Counted from the whole stretch's first letter, positions 10,525 to 23,539 are shown. The stretch is DNA of 56,437 nucleotides, filler included, from Sphacelaria rigidula (GCA_964200075.2; 4 parts of 4 records of this genome joined end to end with filler, not necessarily neighbours in it); one strand, 5' to 3'. Numbers and translations are program-made. Notes: generated by a model from the sequence alone, not told the origin.

Positions 10525-13500
10525 TGATCACACGCGTGTCCACAAGAATTGACATATCTTTTACCCATCTACAAGGATGGCAAGTGGCCGAAGTCGTCTC
10601 AGTGCACACTCATGAACCGAGGTAAGTACGTACCCGGCACAAATTTTCGATCATATGTTCCGGAACCGTTTTGCCTTGTCCGCGCGCCCAACAGTAGACT
10701 GGGTGGCAGTGAAACCGCCATCATTACTGCTGGGAATAGACTCCACTCATAGGCCCAAGCGGCCAATGCTGTATCATATTGACTGCGACACTACAAGTGT
10801 ATTTTCCGGCAGAACATAATGCTACACGGAGAGGTATACGCAGGTAACTGGTTGTCGGCGGCGACGACAGGGCTCATCGGCTAGAAACCGTCATTTCCTC
10901 AACCACGTCCGATTTTCGTCAAAATCCAACCCGACTGATGAGCGCTCATCCAGTGCGCCTCCCATAGTTATGCGAGGCAAGTGGATGTCAACAGAAGGAC
11001 TTGTTGACATCCACACTAGCCCTACAATCTCTCATCCTATCTTGAGGTTACCTTGCGTGCGACGAGGACGGGCTTAATGTAGCGCCTTGAGTTCGTGTGA
11101 GGGTCGGCGCTGATCAAAACCGCCGAGCCGTACGGCAGGCACTTTCTCATACGCCCAACTACGCTGTTCATGTCTAGCTACCAGTCCGTATCAGGATTGT
11201 CGTCGGACGTTGGTCACGATAACTCCGCCGGTGGCGGTATGATGCCTTCGCGATATCGGGCGCATTCCCAGGATCTACCGTCGCGACAGCTACTGCACCT
11301 GCACGGGTAGAATGCGGATTAGCAAAGCGACGCTATGGAGTTACCACGACCTATTGCGCCGGAAGAAATAAACGTTTCTAGCAGGTTACTGGGAGCGCTG
11401 CTGCCCGCAAGTATCAGCAGTAGTAGTAGTGGTAGTAAATTGGAGCGTGAGTGAGGAGAGAAGTTTATGTTGCTGTCCCACAGGAGAGTTGTGGGTACAA
11501 CTTCACTCGAGAGGAAGTTGGCATACAACTTCCTTTGTCAGACTCCCACTTCAAGAAACAAAGCCTTCGCTATGGAGTTCACGCGTGCACGCGGTAGTTG
11601 CTGTTTCTGACATCAGGTAGAGCCTGGCTATTGATACACAAGCACTCGTCAATGTTCGAGATGCTGCACCTACGGACGCCAAGCACGGTGTACCTGTATG
11701 GGTACTAAAAATCATTGATGTGCTCAAGCGAAGGTACGCGCCGCTTTGCAAATTGGCCCTGGAAGCACTGCCCTGCCCTCGCTCTGAACCCGACATCTGC
11801 CTTACACAGCGTATGAGATATCGTGGATCCCATTCAATACGTGTACGCTTGTATTTGTATAAGTGCGAGACAGCGTCCTGAGGGGGTGAAACCCTCAGGT
11901 GAAGCTCATATTTACGCGTCCTGCGTAAGGAAATTCGTTTCACCTTTCGTATGCAAGAAGGCGACGTTCTGACGCGGACACCGATATGAGATAGAACAGG
12001 CGTATATCGACGGTAACGATGGTCATCTTCTCAGTAGAGAGCACGAGGACGAAATTTTGATAGTACGTTTCATGCCACCACCGCTAAACGTCGTGTACAC
12101 GGTGGTGACGAGAATCGATGACCTTGGGGTGATCATAGCGCATATGCAAGCCATTGTAATTACATGCTTACATAATATAGCATAATGCCTTGCCGCAGAT
12201 GCAAGTTTTGAGGACACCTGCCGATACAGATCCTCTGCTGCGGTCTGTATCATCGACCGTACCTCTTGTGTCTTGCACCTCTCCGGGCGCATGTGTCATG
12301 GTACGATACTTACCACCTGGGTAGGAAGATGCCAGTTCAGTGGGCACCGGGGCTAGCAGGCCCAGACACAGTCTTTAGTATCGAAGCCATTGAGTTCGAT
12401 ATTATCGAGTGTAAAGTCAGCCACCGCACCAGTGGTCAGGTGTCATGGCATGAGCGGCGCAGGCTGCAGGACAACATGTGTTGCATGAAGGTCAAGCTTA
12501 CATTTTGTGAAGACCAGAGAATCCTCTGAGATCGCAGTCCGTGATGGCGTAGATGCTCTTGTATTTTTGGCGTACAGGCTAACTTGTGCTTCGCTAGTTG
12601 AGATGCATAATCCAGAACGCTGTGACCCAAAGGGGGCAAGCAGCTCAATTCAATCAAACAATGTAGTATGGCCCATCAGGTACCAAGCATGACAAAGTAT
12701 AACAAATGGAACCCAGTCGACTGGGACATGACCAATAAATCTGTAATACATGCATTTCATATGGTTGTCGGGGCGGACGGCTTGATTCGAAGGGCATCTG
12801 CAGTCGTGTTTCATCTGTTGGAAATATCTAGACGCAAGGCAACCTATTTTCTTACTTTTGAAGATCAGTCTCTATCGCAAATATAAGTACAAGCGAAAGA
12901 CTATACGGTATATCGTTGTGGATAATTAACTGAACCGATTTATATAGTCTATCACAGTAGAGTAGAGTAGCAAGGAACCTAGGAAAGGAATTGTTTGTTA
13001 ACTAATAATTATTGAGCGGGAACTTGATCTGGGTAGGTTGACTTGTCAGCAGGCAATAGGGTATTGTATGTGTGTGCAGGACATCGCTCTTTCTTCTGTC
13101 GGTATTTGGAACGGGTTTTTTGTTTGTTTTTTTAGAGTTACTGCGGCCCATGATCGACAACGTCGCCCACGGCTTTCACTCTCTCTTTCTGCATCTTTCT
13201 CGGAAGAGACTACGTAGTATTCTTTCGGCCGACTAAGAGCCCATAGCATAGCATTCGCTATTCTTCTCTTCTGCTGCGCACCGTGAAGTAAGCTTAACAG
13301 CTACTGTGCAACTCTGCGAGACTATCTAGTGAGACAGTGAGCCTGTCTAGTTTATTCAGACGGTGCCATACGTCACCGGCCACTCCAAAATCATCTCGGT
13401 CTTGCTTGGCGACGGGTGGGGGTGTCTGTGCATGCAGGAGATGGTGTCGCCGCAGCTCCGCTCGTGGTGTGTTGCTCCCCATTGCCAATCGTGGTCAACG

Positions 13501-14036
13501 CACACGCCGAGGAAAAACGAGCGGGAATGCTTCGGCATGTTGCAGTACGGCGGCATCACAGCTTGTTGAGGTGAACATCCTTTTCAGTGTAGTCTACAGT
13601 ACTGCTCAGTCACGGTACGGAGATATCCGTCTTCACGGGTTCTGACAGTTACATGCGGTGGGATTTGATACCGTAGTAGGCGTATGTCTTGGACCTACGT
13701 ACGCAATGTTTGCAGGTCATGGTGTTGGGGTAGCCACACCCAGCCACTTTATTCTCTCCCTTCTTTTCCTTCCTTGACTAGCTTAGTCAAGCTATGTAAT
13801 ACTACTCTTCTACATCAACATGATCGGCTCAGCCGTGTCCTTTGATCGACTTCATCAGTCGTGTCCAGCTGTCCCTGTTTATGGGTCACGTGTCAAGGAA
13901 CACTCTAGAGCGTCAATTTGATTTGCCCACGGCTTGTGGTCCAAACATTCGACCAAGATGGCGGCACCAAGGGACGCGGTCATACCCCCAAAGGCGACCG
14001 TGGACGACGCGGACTTCAGAGGTAGTTTGTATGAAG

Positions 14037-14136
14037 NNNNNNNNNNNNNNNNNNNNNNNNNNNNNNNNNNNNNNNNNNNNTTAATTAATTAANNNNNNNN
14101 NNNNNNNNNNNNNNNNNNNNNNNNNNNNNNNNNNNN
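14037..14136. other. Artificial contig spacer (N44-TTAATTAATTAA-N44)
   Basis: 100 nt with stop codons in all six frames. Confidence 0.98.
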
Positions 14137-14193
14137 GTCGCTTTTGTTGGTTGCGCGTGTGGGCCGGCGGTGTTGCCTGGTCGGTGGGGGTGG

Positions 14194-14227
<34 letters not shown>

Positions 14228-14561
14228 GTGATTTCCAACGATGTAATGCACACAGCCCAATCCTATCCGCTGCTGCCGTACATAGCAAAATGCTTTCACA
14301 GAGGTGAAAATGGCGATTTCGTAGAGGCTCGTCCAAGATATGTGCTCTTAAATGGGACCGCTGCACAACAATGCTGACATACACGTGTCCTGCATGGTTC
14401 CCTGCGCCTGGCGATTCGACGCATGATGACACGACGAATGTATGTAGCGAGAATGCAGCCTATACCTCGAGTTTCCTTTAACGCGTGTTTCTGCTTATTT
14501 ATCTTGGGTACGTCTATCATGTGGATCATGACCACAGCTGGATTCGACGGGGATCAGCGGG

Positions 14562-14911
14562 TGTTGCCGTCCCATCTATTCTAGACGCCGGTCTACACCT
14601 TTCGGTATATGTGGGCGCACCAGCCGGGGTCACACAGGAGGAAGGTCAACCCAGGAGTTTTTGTGTTTTTTTTGTTTCTAGTATTCCAGCTTTCTTCTGC
14701 GGTGCTTGCCTTTTGTTTTTTATCGCGAGAGGGATCCGGCACTCCATTCCCTTCGTCGACAGTCAAGTCGAATTATGTGTACCCACGACATAACCGCTCT
14801 CCACTGTTGGGGATGGTATGAAAAAAAATCCCAGATCGCTCCGAGATTTGAACCCACAACCCAACCGTCAGAAGGTTTCGAGGTCACCAACTGAGCCACC
14901 GGGGCGACCGG
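14562..14911 (-). mobile_element. tRNA-derived SINE, copy 1
   Basis: The minus-strand head GCCCCGGTGGCTCAGTTGG (box A) ... GGTTCAAATC (box B) is followed by a body shared with 45421-45783. Confidence 0.8.
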
Positions 14912-16046
14912 GATTGTGTGCGACAATCACTTCCTACCAACCAAATCAACCATCAGCGCGGAGCTGAGGGCTGGAGATCGTCTGGAAATCCGGGTTTGGA
15001 TCTAACCGATCAAGTGCGGAGCTACAGGGGAATGACATAACCTCAGCTCTGAAGTTGCGATTGCGAACTGCTCTTGACGCCAACAACCAGCTTTGAACTC
15101 ACCCGAAATGGCAAGGCTCGAGTAAAACATGTTTGCGTTTAATATGTTCGCACGGAGGTGTGTTATCGATTCCGTTGGTGGAGATATCGACTATCCAAAC
15201 GGGAAAAGTAGGAGTAATTGGTCACTCTAGGTGACTGTCAAGCTGGCATGTTATCGAGCAAAGCTCGAGGTCGCTGCATGATCTTTTGGACATGTGTCGG
15301 AATATTGTTTCCGTCGCAACGCCCTCACTTATGCGATTCATGTGTGCGGTGTTCAGTGAGAATAGTGACCGACGGGCAATCGCCTTGGGGCATATTCCCC
15401 TCCGTACGTCGTTGTCATTAGTTTCGAGTAGATGAACACTCGGACGAGGCTTTCATTTTGCCGATATACATGAGCATAGAAAGAGGCCGCGCGGGCAGAA
15501 CTCGACTCCATGATACTGTTTCGACGGCTCGTCAATCCAGCGTGACCGTCTTTTGCCGCAATCAATCCGGCTCTAGTCGGCGTTGAGCGGCACTCAAGAT
15601 CCAGGGAGACGTGAAGAGTTCAAGAGTAGGTTGAGAAGGGTATACCCTATATTTTGATATTTTGATACGTTGCACATCACCTGCCTAAGTCAGTCACAAA
15701 GACGTGTATGGGCTTCTGAGAGGGGAACGACAGCATTGGGCTGACTGCTGCGCCATGGCATGGGTTGGATCCCCACTTTTCAAAATTCCAAACTATCGGG
15801 TATCTGTGCCAGACCCGCCCTTGCAAGAGTTACTTTTCATACACACACACATGTATCATCCCATTATTCAGACCCGCAATAGAAAAGTATAATATTTTCG
15901 GGTAAGCACGCATGAAAAAAACATATTCTTCTCTTGCTGGAGGTACTTGATGCAGTACTTGGGCTGCAGGTGGAATTGTTCTCACCATGACAGATATACA
16001 CCGTCGACACATAGGTTCGGATGGGATTTGTTCCGGGAACGCTCAA

Positions 16047-16283
16047 TCACATGCGTCGGGACATGATTTTTTCTGCGTGGGTCTGGGCACGTTCTTCTGG
16101 AACGGACGTCCCGCTGCCTCGGGCTATCTTCAAATCCGCCAGCAATTTATCGTCATACTTTGAGACGCCGCACCACTTCCCACGTTCACTGATGTCCGCC
16201 TCAGCCTCCACGCACAACATCAAACACATAGCCTCGTCTTTGCTCCTCTCGCCTGTGACCCACGAGGCTATCGCCTTCACGTA
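16047..16283 (-). other. Possible isolated exon of an unidentified or decayed gene
   Basis: AG acceptor (ccgtag|TAC) followed by the protein-like reading YVKAIASWVTGERSKDEAMCLMLCVEAEADISERGKWCGVSKYDDKLLADLKIARG. No family recognised. Confidence 0.2.
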
Positions 16284-17009
16284 CTACGGTGGTAGCTCCT
16301 CACACAGAGGTCATCGGAAGGTGAGAAAGGGTAAATTTGGCCTCGATTCACACTTTGCTATTTTAAGGGTGCGCGCTATAGTAGCTCTATTTCGTAAAAT
16401 GACTGTTTCGTATTCCTGTGGGACTATCAACCACGTATCGTCACTTCATATTCCATAACGTTTTTTGTTCTTTCTTTCTTCATTTTCGCCGTTTCTTGAG
16501 ATTTCTTCAGCGAGTGTTTCCATTTCTTTCATACCTCGGGCATAGTACGTCTATCTCGTGGAAAATAAGCACGGCTAGATTCTTAGGTCATCATCATCAG
16601 CCAATAGTGTGCGACTACCAATCAATTAGGGAAGCAATTAGTCGGGGAGTCCGTCAGCCAATCATCGGCGGTCACGTCGACTATTAGGGTCAGGTCTAGC
16701 AGGCACTCGTCGGGTGCAAGTCATCATGCAGATTAGATGGCGACGCAAACAAGCACAAATGAAGAGTCGCAAAGTAAGTAGGCAGAGGGTAAGAGCAGCC
16801 CCTGCAATTATCACTTTTTATTTTTTATTTTCGCACATTAGTCCGAACTCGCGAACCCGTGGTCACAGACGTGAGGCTCGTCTTTCCAATACCGTGCCTG
16901 GCATTCCTTACAATATACCGGCATTACAGTGATGGTATGTATGAGGGCCGCTAGTCTTGACAGTCGCAGTTGGAGCGCTAACTGAAGTCGTACGCGGGGT
17001 TCCTTGATG

Positions 17010-17092
17010 AGTGATTCTACTACGGTAGAGGGGGGAGGGGCGTACTCATTTATTGCTTGCCTCAGTCGTTTGGCCATTGACCATGCACCCCT
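17010..17092 (-). repeat. Dispersed repeat family A
   Basis: The reverse complement (GGTCAATGGCCAAACG..GGCAAGCAATAAATGAGTACGCCCC) matches 28272-28350, and partly 1-57 and 42405-42437. Confidence 0.7.
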
Positions 17093-17524
17093 TTCGAGAC
17101 GGAGCACCATATTCTACGGTAAGAGTGCAGTTTTTAGTCCAAACGTTTGCTGACGCTGCGCACTAAAGCCCAGGTGTTTGTCATCGAGCGGCTCCGAAAG
17201 TGCGGAACCTTGGAAAAAATTGGGCACCCCTACCGCGGAACCACTCTGACGTGCGAAGGAGCCACGCCCAAGATTGTTTCCATTCATCTGCCCGGTGAGT
17301 AGCACGGGCCTGCGCGTGCCTGCCACAATATTCTACTGTTTCGTGCAAATGAAGCCCGCTGTAAGCTTCACGCACTTGTACTTTGCGCAAGGAAAATGGT
17401 CGCTACAAATTTGGGCGTCGATTGCTGCTACTTCACATTGACTGCTTCTTGCATCCCGTTGCCCAGCTTGGACTGTTTTTTTCTGCATAAAGTTTCATAT
17501 ACCACGATAGCCCCGCCCATGGTG

Positions 17525-17730
17525 GTGGCTGGTCTGAGTAGGCAAAGTCTACACGTGAATAAAAAATGACGAAAGCCTAGCACCCGGGGTATCCCATGCT
17601 TGGGGTAGTTTTCGCCAATGTCGCCCATATGAGGTGCTTCATACAGTGTCAAACCAGTTACCATGCGCGATATGGACATTTTCTTCGTGACAGTTCTAAG
17701 GCTGGTTCATGGTGGAGCTCTCGCAGCATT
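17525..17730 (+). repeat. Dispersed repeat family B
   Basis: Similar to 24325-24555, 42405-42660 and the reverse complement of 7985-8200. Confidence 0.65.
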
Positions 17731-17983
17731 ACTCCGCGCCGGAATAGGAGATTCGATTTTGAACGAAATCTTAGCTGCGGGCGCTCGTTTTGCATGCTCG
17801 TGGAGATACGAGTGGTTGTTTGTCACACAAAGAGTGACACTCGTTTTTCGGCGAGCAGCAACGCTGGATGCTCGTACGCACAGCCTATATGTGCACAACT
17901 AATTCCATATCTCCACTCACACTTACTCCTCTTACATATTCACTCACCCTCGTATATTGCCCTCGGCACTTCGTGCCTCATTC

Positions 17984-19102
17984 CTAAACGATGGGGTTGG
18001 GAGGGAAGAGGGCTTCGTTGCACCACTTCACGATGGCTTTTTGCCCCGCTGCAGCAGCCACCTGGCGTATGTTCACGAAGTAGCGGCACCCGGTGCGAGT
18101 GAGCCACATCAGCACCTCCAGATGTCCGCCAATAGCAGCTGCCGAGCATGCCGATGCATGCCAGGGGCAGCTCCTGGATCTACACCACATCAGTAGATCC
18201 AAATGTCCCGCTCCCGCAGCAGCCGTGCACGTGGCTTGGTCCCATGGGCACCCCACTTGACGGAGCCACTGGAGTACTTGCAGTTGCCCACCGCGGGCAG
18301 CCGCCGCACATGTCTTGGCATCGAATGGGCATTGGATGGCTTGGCACCACAGCAGCACGTCCGAACGTCCTTCTTCAGCGGCAGCCGCAAACGTCGCTTC
18401 GTCCATAGGACAGCCCTTAGCTCTGCACCACATCAGCATCTGCAGATTTCCCGTTCGGGCAGCAGCGGCGCTCGTTACTCCATCCCAATGGCAGCCATTT
18501 TCGTGGAACCACTCCACTACATCCATATGTCCACCTTCAACAGCCGCCGCAAACGAGTACTTGTTCCAGCGGCAGATGTTGGGCTGCCGTCTGCACCACT
18601 TCACTATGTCTAGATGTCCCTCTCGGGCAGCTGTAGAGAGCGTATTGCGGTCCCAAGGACACTTGCTAACTTTGCACCACTTGAGCATATCCAAACGCCC
18701 CCCCCTCGCCGCCTCCGTACACGTGTTTTCGTTCCACGGACACCCGTTTGCGCGAGCATACTGCAGAGCTTTAAGACTACCGCTTGCGGCGGCTCGACGA
18801 CAGGTAGTCGTATCCCAGCAACACCCACCAAGTTTAGCCCACGCGAGACACGAGTCCGACCGTACTGCCATGTCCATGTGAGTATTCTTAGGCTGATCAC
18901 CCCAGGCCTCCTTCCAGCTCTTCGACACCCCAGCCACGAAGAGGTAACCATAGTTGTAAGCAAAGGGCACCAAGTGCCGAACAACGTCAGAGTTGAGAGC
19001 GTCACGGACAAATTCGGGGCCAACGCTGCCTTTTTCAATGTCAAGATTACGCTTCCTGCTCTGCCCTTGGCGCTTCTCGCCGCATCCATGTCTAGACACC
19101 AT
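17984..19102 (-). CDS. F-box-like plus ankyrin-like 'CPW' repeat protein (372 aa from the first ATG)
   Basis: N-terminal LNSDVVRHLVPF..YLFVAGVSKSWKEAW, then about ten 27-aa repeats of the form AAxGGHLxxLxWxxxxGCPWDxxTCxx. The first ATG (MVSRHG) is at 19102. A possible upstream acceptor lies at 19135. Confidence 0.9.
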   Translation of the reverse strand: MVSRHGCGEKRQGQSRKRNLDIEKGSVGPEFVRDALNSDVVRHLVPFAYNYGYLFVAGVSKSWKEAWGDQPKNTHMDMAVRSDSCLAWAKLGGCCWDTTTCRRAAASGSLKALQYARANGCPWNENTCTEAARGGRLDMLKWCKVSKCPWDRNTLSTAAREGHLDIVKWCRRQPNICRWNKYSFAAAVEGGHMDVVEWFHENGCHWDGVTSAAAARTGNLQMLMWCRAKGCPMDEATFAAAAEEGRSDVLLWCQAIQCPFDAKTCAAAARGGQLQVLQWLRQVGCPWDQATCTAAAGAGHLDLLMWCRSRSCPWHASACSAAAIGGHLEVLMWLTRTGCRYFVNIRQVAAAAGQKAIVKWCNEALFPPNPIV

Positions 19103-20907
19103 GTCTTTTTTATATATGTTCTGTTCACGTCGTACTGCACCCAGATATGTACAGAAAATCAGAGTACGTTCAGCAGTGGGATCTCTACAACACCGTTTGC
19201 CGCACAAGGTGCGGTTTGTAACGTAGCATGCACCCGGTCATGCCATGATACGCATATGCATCTGCTGGATGATTCTGTTGTACACGCAACCGACCATCAA
19301 AAAGTTGGAGACACCTCGTAGCACTAGCTTCCTGGATAGGGCATGGTGTGACCAGACAGTAATCTATGTATTCAGGTTGTCGTTCTTCTAGACGTTGGTT
19401 ACGGCAATCTTTTTGACATGTTTTTCATTACCACCATCGCCAGTAATACCCGTGGTCATCTCGTCACCCCCCTTCCGCCCCTCACCTCTTATCCCCCCAC
19501 TTCTCCGGGGCAAGTCTGTGGTCTCAAGGGATCAGCCCATCTCTCCCCCCATATATGCCTCAAATTTCTGTATCGCGCGTTGGGTCGGCATTCCCGCACC
19601 GCGTGGACTGTCGTCAACAAACAACGATACTACGAAGTATGTCTTTGCCACTGACATCCTCACGCACCACCCACAATCAATCAGATACTTCTTCCGAGAG
19701 AACGAACAAAAAAAAAGTAGACGAATCATCTGGCGGGAAACGAACAGGTCTTTCCCCCGCCCTAATGGTGTCACTTGTATCACTCGTCAAATCACGGGGT
19801 CGCGGGGGCAATTGCCCTAGATTGCACACATTGAGTATTCCGGCAGTCTGCAGTGGCCAAATGAATAATACCGCTGTTCGTTGCTGCGCGTGGATCCGAA
19901 CAACGTTAATATTACGGAATTACTGCAGGAGCGATGGGCTGGCGCGGAAAAAATGAAAGAATCAGTTCATGTTTGCCTTGCACTTTACAAAAACACACAT
20001 ATAGACTCTGCAGTACACTTCGTATTCTTTGAGTTTATGAATATTTAGTGTTTCATAACACTTGCCCAGGACAAAGGGCACGCTGTATGTTGACGACTCT
20101 CCCTTTGGGTCGGGTGCATACAACATGTGGGAACGCAGCGTGGACTTGGTTGGAGTTAGCAAGCCTTGCAGATGCAGGGCGGTGGACAAGGAAGTGGACC
20201 GAGAGACAATAGGGGTCGCGTTGCATGGGGTGCAGAATGTCGCACCGGGGTTGAGGTGCATGTCCTTAACCCGGACTGGGGATGGAAAAGGACAAAGCCA
20301 GGGTTGACAGGCACGGAATGACGATTCGGGTTGATAGACAATGGTCATTAGATAGCGGGTAGACATGAGTACCTTCTCATCCATCAATGCCGGGTCATCT
20401 CGGCCGAATTGTTCCTTCCTGCTGTTCGGATATCATCACACAGTTGTGCCGGGGTCTTCATTTTTTGCCAGATATAGATATGCCATTCTTGCCGTACGCC
20501 CAGACCGAAAGAACGTACTCATCAGGACGGCAGTCCATGGATTCGTCGTTGGAAGGTCAGACTTTGATTTGTTTGGTGGCAGAAATATGCGGCGAGATTC
20601 CGGATGGATGATCTATTCGCCACGCCGACACATCCCATCGATCATGCAAGACACTATCTCGGAACCCCCTTGCCCAACACCACAGACAACGTCCCATAAG
20701 GGGAAGCTCTGTACACGGCTCGCAGCAGAGATTGGGGTCAGTGCTGCTGCAGTATCAACAATACCGTTGAAAACCTCGACATTTACAGTTCCTCTCCACC
20801 GCACCGGCATGCGCGTCGCCGTTGGAAACACAACGCTTGCCTGCTGTCCAGTCCACAAGAAATCACCGACGCTACTTCGTGTATAGTGGACAAGAGTAAA
20901 ACTCTGA

Positions 20908-21090
20908 ATGTTGAGCACGTCCACCGCGAGATGCGTCTACGGATGCAGGCACCCGCTGTGGGCGCTTTTCAAGACCGGTGAAGGAACGTGCGTCACTGAC
21001 GACGATCCCGCAGTGCACGAGAAATGCCTGTGCGATGCTGGCTTCGCGTCCCGTGATTCTTTTGGGCACCCTTCGTGCGTCCCGTATAAG
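20908..21090 (+). CDS. EGF-like plus multipass (7TM-like) membrane protein, exon 1 (six-Cys EGF-like domain)
   Basis: CVYGC...GEGTC...KCLCDAGF...PSCVP, ending at the phase-0 donor AAG|GTTAGC at 21091. Confidence 0.65.
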
Positions 21091-21261
21091 GTTAGCCCCG
21101 CAGCTATGCTACAGTATGCTGTATACCTGCGTTGGGTTCACGGTGGCCTTCTCTCTAGTACCCATGGCCCTGACTTCGTGGTGGCTGATTTTCAAATCGG
21201 CATGAACGTCATGACGGGCGATTATGTTGTCTTTGACGGCCCACCCATACAACGTCGCCTG

Positions 21262-21494
21262 TGTAATGCGTGGGAAGACCGCGTGCTTGTTGGACCGCAT
21301 CGGAATTTGAACACCCCAGGATCGACGTTTTTCAAGACAACTCGGACCAGTTCCTGGAGGGACCGCGCCCCTAACCCTAACCCTAACCCCAACCCCAAAA
21401 CCCCCAAAACCCCAACCCCAACCCTAACCCTAGCCATAGGGGTGTATAGACCCCGATGCGGTCCAAAAAGCACCCGGTCCTCCCACACATCACA
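21262..21494. mobile_element. Non-autonomous TIR element (TGT...ACA ends, 5-bp TSD) with internal CCCTAA repeats
   Basis: Imperfect TIRs of about 40 nt or more. TSD GCCTG at 21257-21261 and 21495-21499. CCCTAA-like tract at about 21369-21433. Confidence 0.85.
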
Positions 21495-21604
21495 GCCTGT
21501 ATGTACCCTGTATCTCAGTATGAGAATGGCGGAGTCCTAACCTACTACGCAGTGTCGGATCATCCCCGTCATTACATTCAAGTGATGCTCTTCTTGGCGG
21601 CCAG

Positions 21605-21741
21605 GCGCTTCTGTGTATGTACCTGATCATGACGATGGCGGGCTGCTCGATGACGGTGTTTGTGGTGTGGAATTGGGCGCAATATCGGCGCTCGTCGGCG
21701 ATGATCATGTTACCCACGCGCAGAGATCGGATACGTCTGAG
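21605..21741 (+). CDS. 7TM-like gene, exon 2 (TM1)
   Basis: Phase-0 acceptor ggccag|GCG. Reads ALLCMYLIMTMAGCSMTVFVVWNWAQYRR...RIRLR. The phase-2 donor is at 21742 or alternatively 21760. Confidence 0.65.
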
Positions 21742-23539
21742 GTTTCTGTATCCAATGAGGTTAGTCGACCTAATACCCCAAGTTGTGTGTGAAAGGCGAG
21801 TCGCATTGTCATCTATTGCAAAGTGCGCTGTTGTATCTTCAGCCGAGTCCGTGTGCACTTTTTCCGATTGTTGTGCGTCTGCAAGTCCGTAGATATATGA
21901 AAACTGCTAACTTGTGCCAATATTTTTTCACGTCTCATTCCGACCCGTTTGTACCCTGTGAGTTAGTGCGTGTGTCGGGTTATACCGAGAACAATAATAC
22001 TTTATTTGCAAGTGTTTTTACGAGCAAGTGCGGCAGCGTGAATATCAAATCTTGAATGTTCTTTATACATTTATTTCTACAGTTTTTAAGCGGGCGGCGG
22101 CCTATTTAGTTAATGCACCGCGAACAACGCTTGAAACCCACGTACTCGCGACAGTATCGGTGCTACATCCGAAGAGGATAGCGATTTCTTCGGAACTGAT
22201 TAATAGATATATTCGGTTCTGTTTTCTTCATTTGACGGCATAAAAAACTACTAGGTTGATTTATTCATCACCGTGAGTTGTCGGGCTGACAACTTCGACA
22301 AGAGCGTGATGCTACGGTAGGGGTGCACAAATATGTTCTGGGGTCAGAATAGTTAGGAGCCCTTTATCCCAGCCAAAACACGACTTATCAAATATGTGAG
22401 AGTACGCCAGGATTAGTGTTCCAAGGCGCTAGGGATATCCCGAACGGATTTTCAAACTGGGATGCCCTGGCCCATATTCTTGTGCATCTAGAACTATTCG
22501 GAGCCCCTGAACCAGACAAGATTTTGCGCTAAAAATGCACCACTACCGTAGCATTGCTCAAGGAGTATTGCACCCACGGGTGAGGGTTCCGACGCTGGTT
22601 TTAGGGCCGTTGGGTGGATAATCCACCATGCAAGACAACTCTCCAGACACTGAAAAATAGTTCTCGATTTGCAAATTGACCTGATTTTATGACACAGTGT
22701 CGGGAGGAGTGCAAGAATAGCGTCAGCAACCCGATACTGCCCTCTTCCCATGACGTCAGCTAGGGCACGCTGCACTTACTGGTGGGGATTTGTATCGGCA
22801 CCATAGTCCATGCGACAGTGTTGTCCACAATACATTCAATTTGCGATCTGGCATTTTTGGAGAGATTGGCTCCACTTCAGGTCACATGCGATACGTCAAG
22901 GTGTTGTTCTAAAAGCTGCACCTCAGGCAGATCGAGTGTCTAAATATCAGTATTAAATTTCGTCTCTCGCCTAGAAAAAGCGTACATCAGCGAGTCTCCA
23001 ACGTAATATTATTAGCTCGGACAAGTGCTCCACCTTTTGGCCGACACCACATCTCAACAAATCTTTATTACGGGTGATGAGTTCGATCCATACGTCACTC
23101 CCCCCATTTTATGCCGAGAAATCTGCGAGGAAGCTAGTCGGAGAATATCGACTGGTTCAGCTCTTTGAGACAATTTAGCCACAGGATTTAACAGTGTTAC
23201 TTACATTCATGGAAATCAGGTCAATTCCCGGGAGGTTGTGAGAACGCGGAGGCGCAAATTCAGGGAGCTGGAAATGGTCCGAAACTTTGACCGGGATCCC
23301 ATATTGGGTATTGTCAGCTTGAGTTCGGAACGTTTGTTCTTCATATGACAAGCTCGCCCGTTTACAGTACATGAAAAGGCGAATGTTGAGTATTTTTACA
23401 GAAGGCAGTGCTGAAGACCCCGTAAATGGTTTGAGCTAGCGTCAGTTTGTGCGCCGTTGTACTGGGATGTTCTGGTGGGGTACATTTTTTTCATGCTTTG
23501 CAACGTGGTTCGCGCTGGCTATCAATGTGCTACTGTGAT

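Noticed and set aside
14820-14911. Genuine tRNA gene
   Set aside because: No complete cloverleaf or acceptor stem. It is attached to a repeated 350-nt body, so it is a SINE head.
18148-19321. Plus-strand ORFs overlapping the CPW gene
   Set aside because: These are antisense shadows.
21369-21433. Chromosome end (telomere)
   Set aside because: The tract is short, degenerate and enclosed by TIRs and a TSD.
21091-21540. Remainder of ORF 20908..21540 (PNPNPNP tract)
   Set aside because: This is read-through into an intron containing the CCCTAA-bearing MITE.
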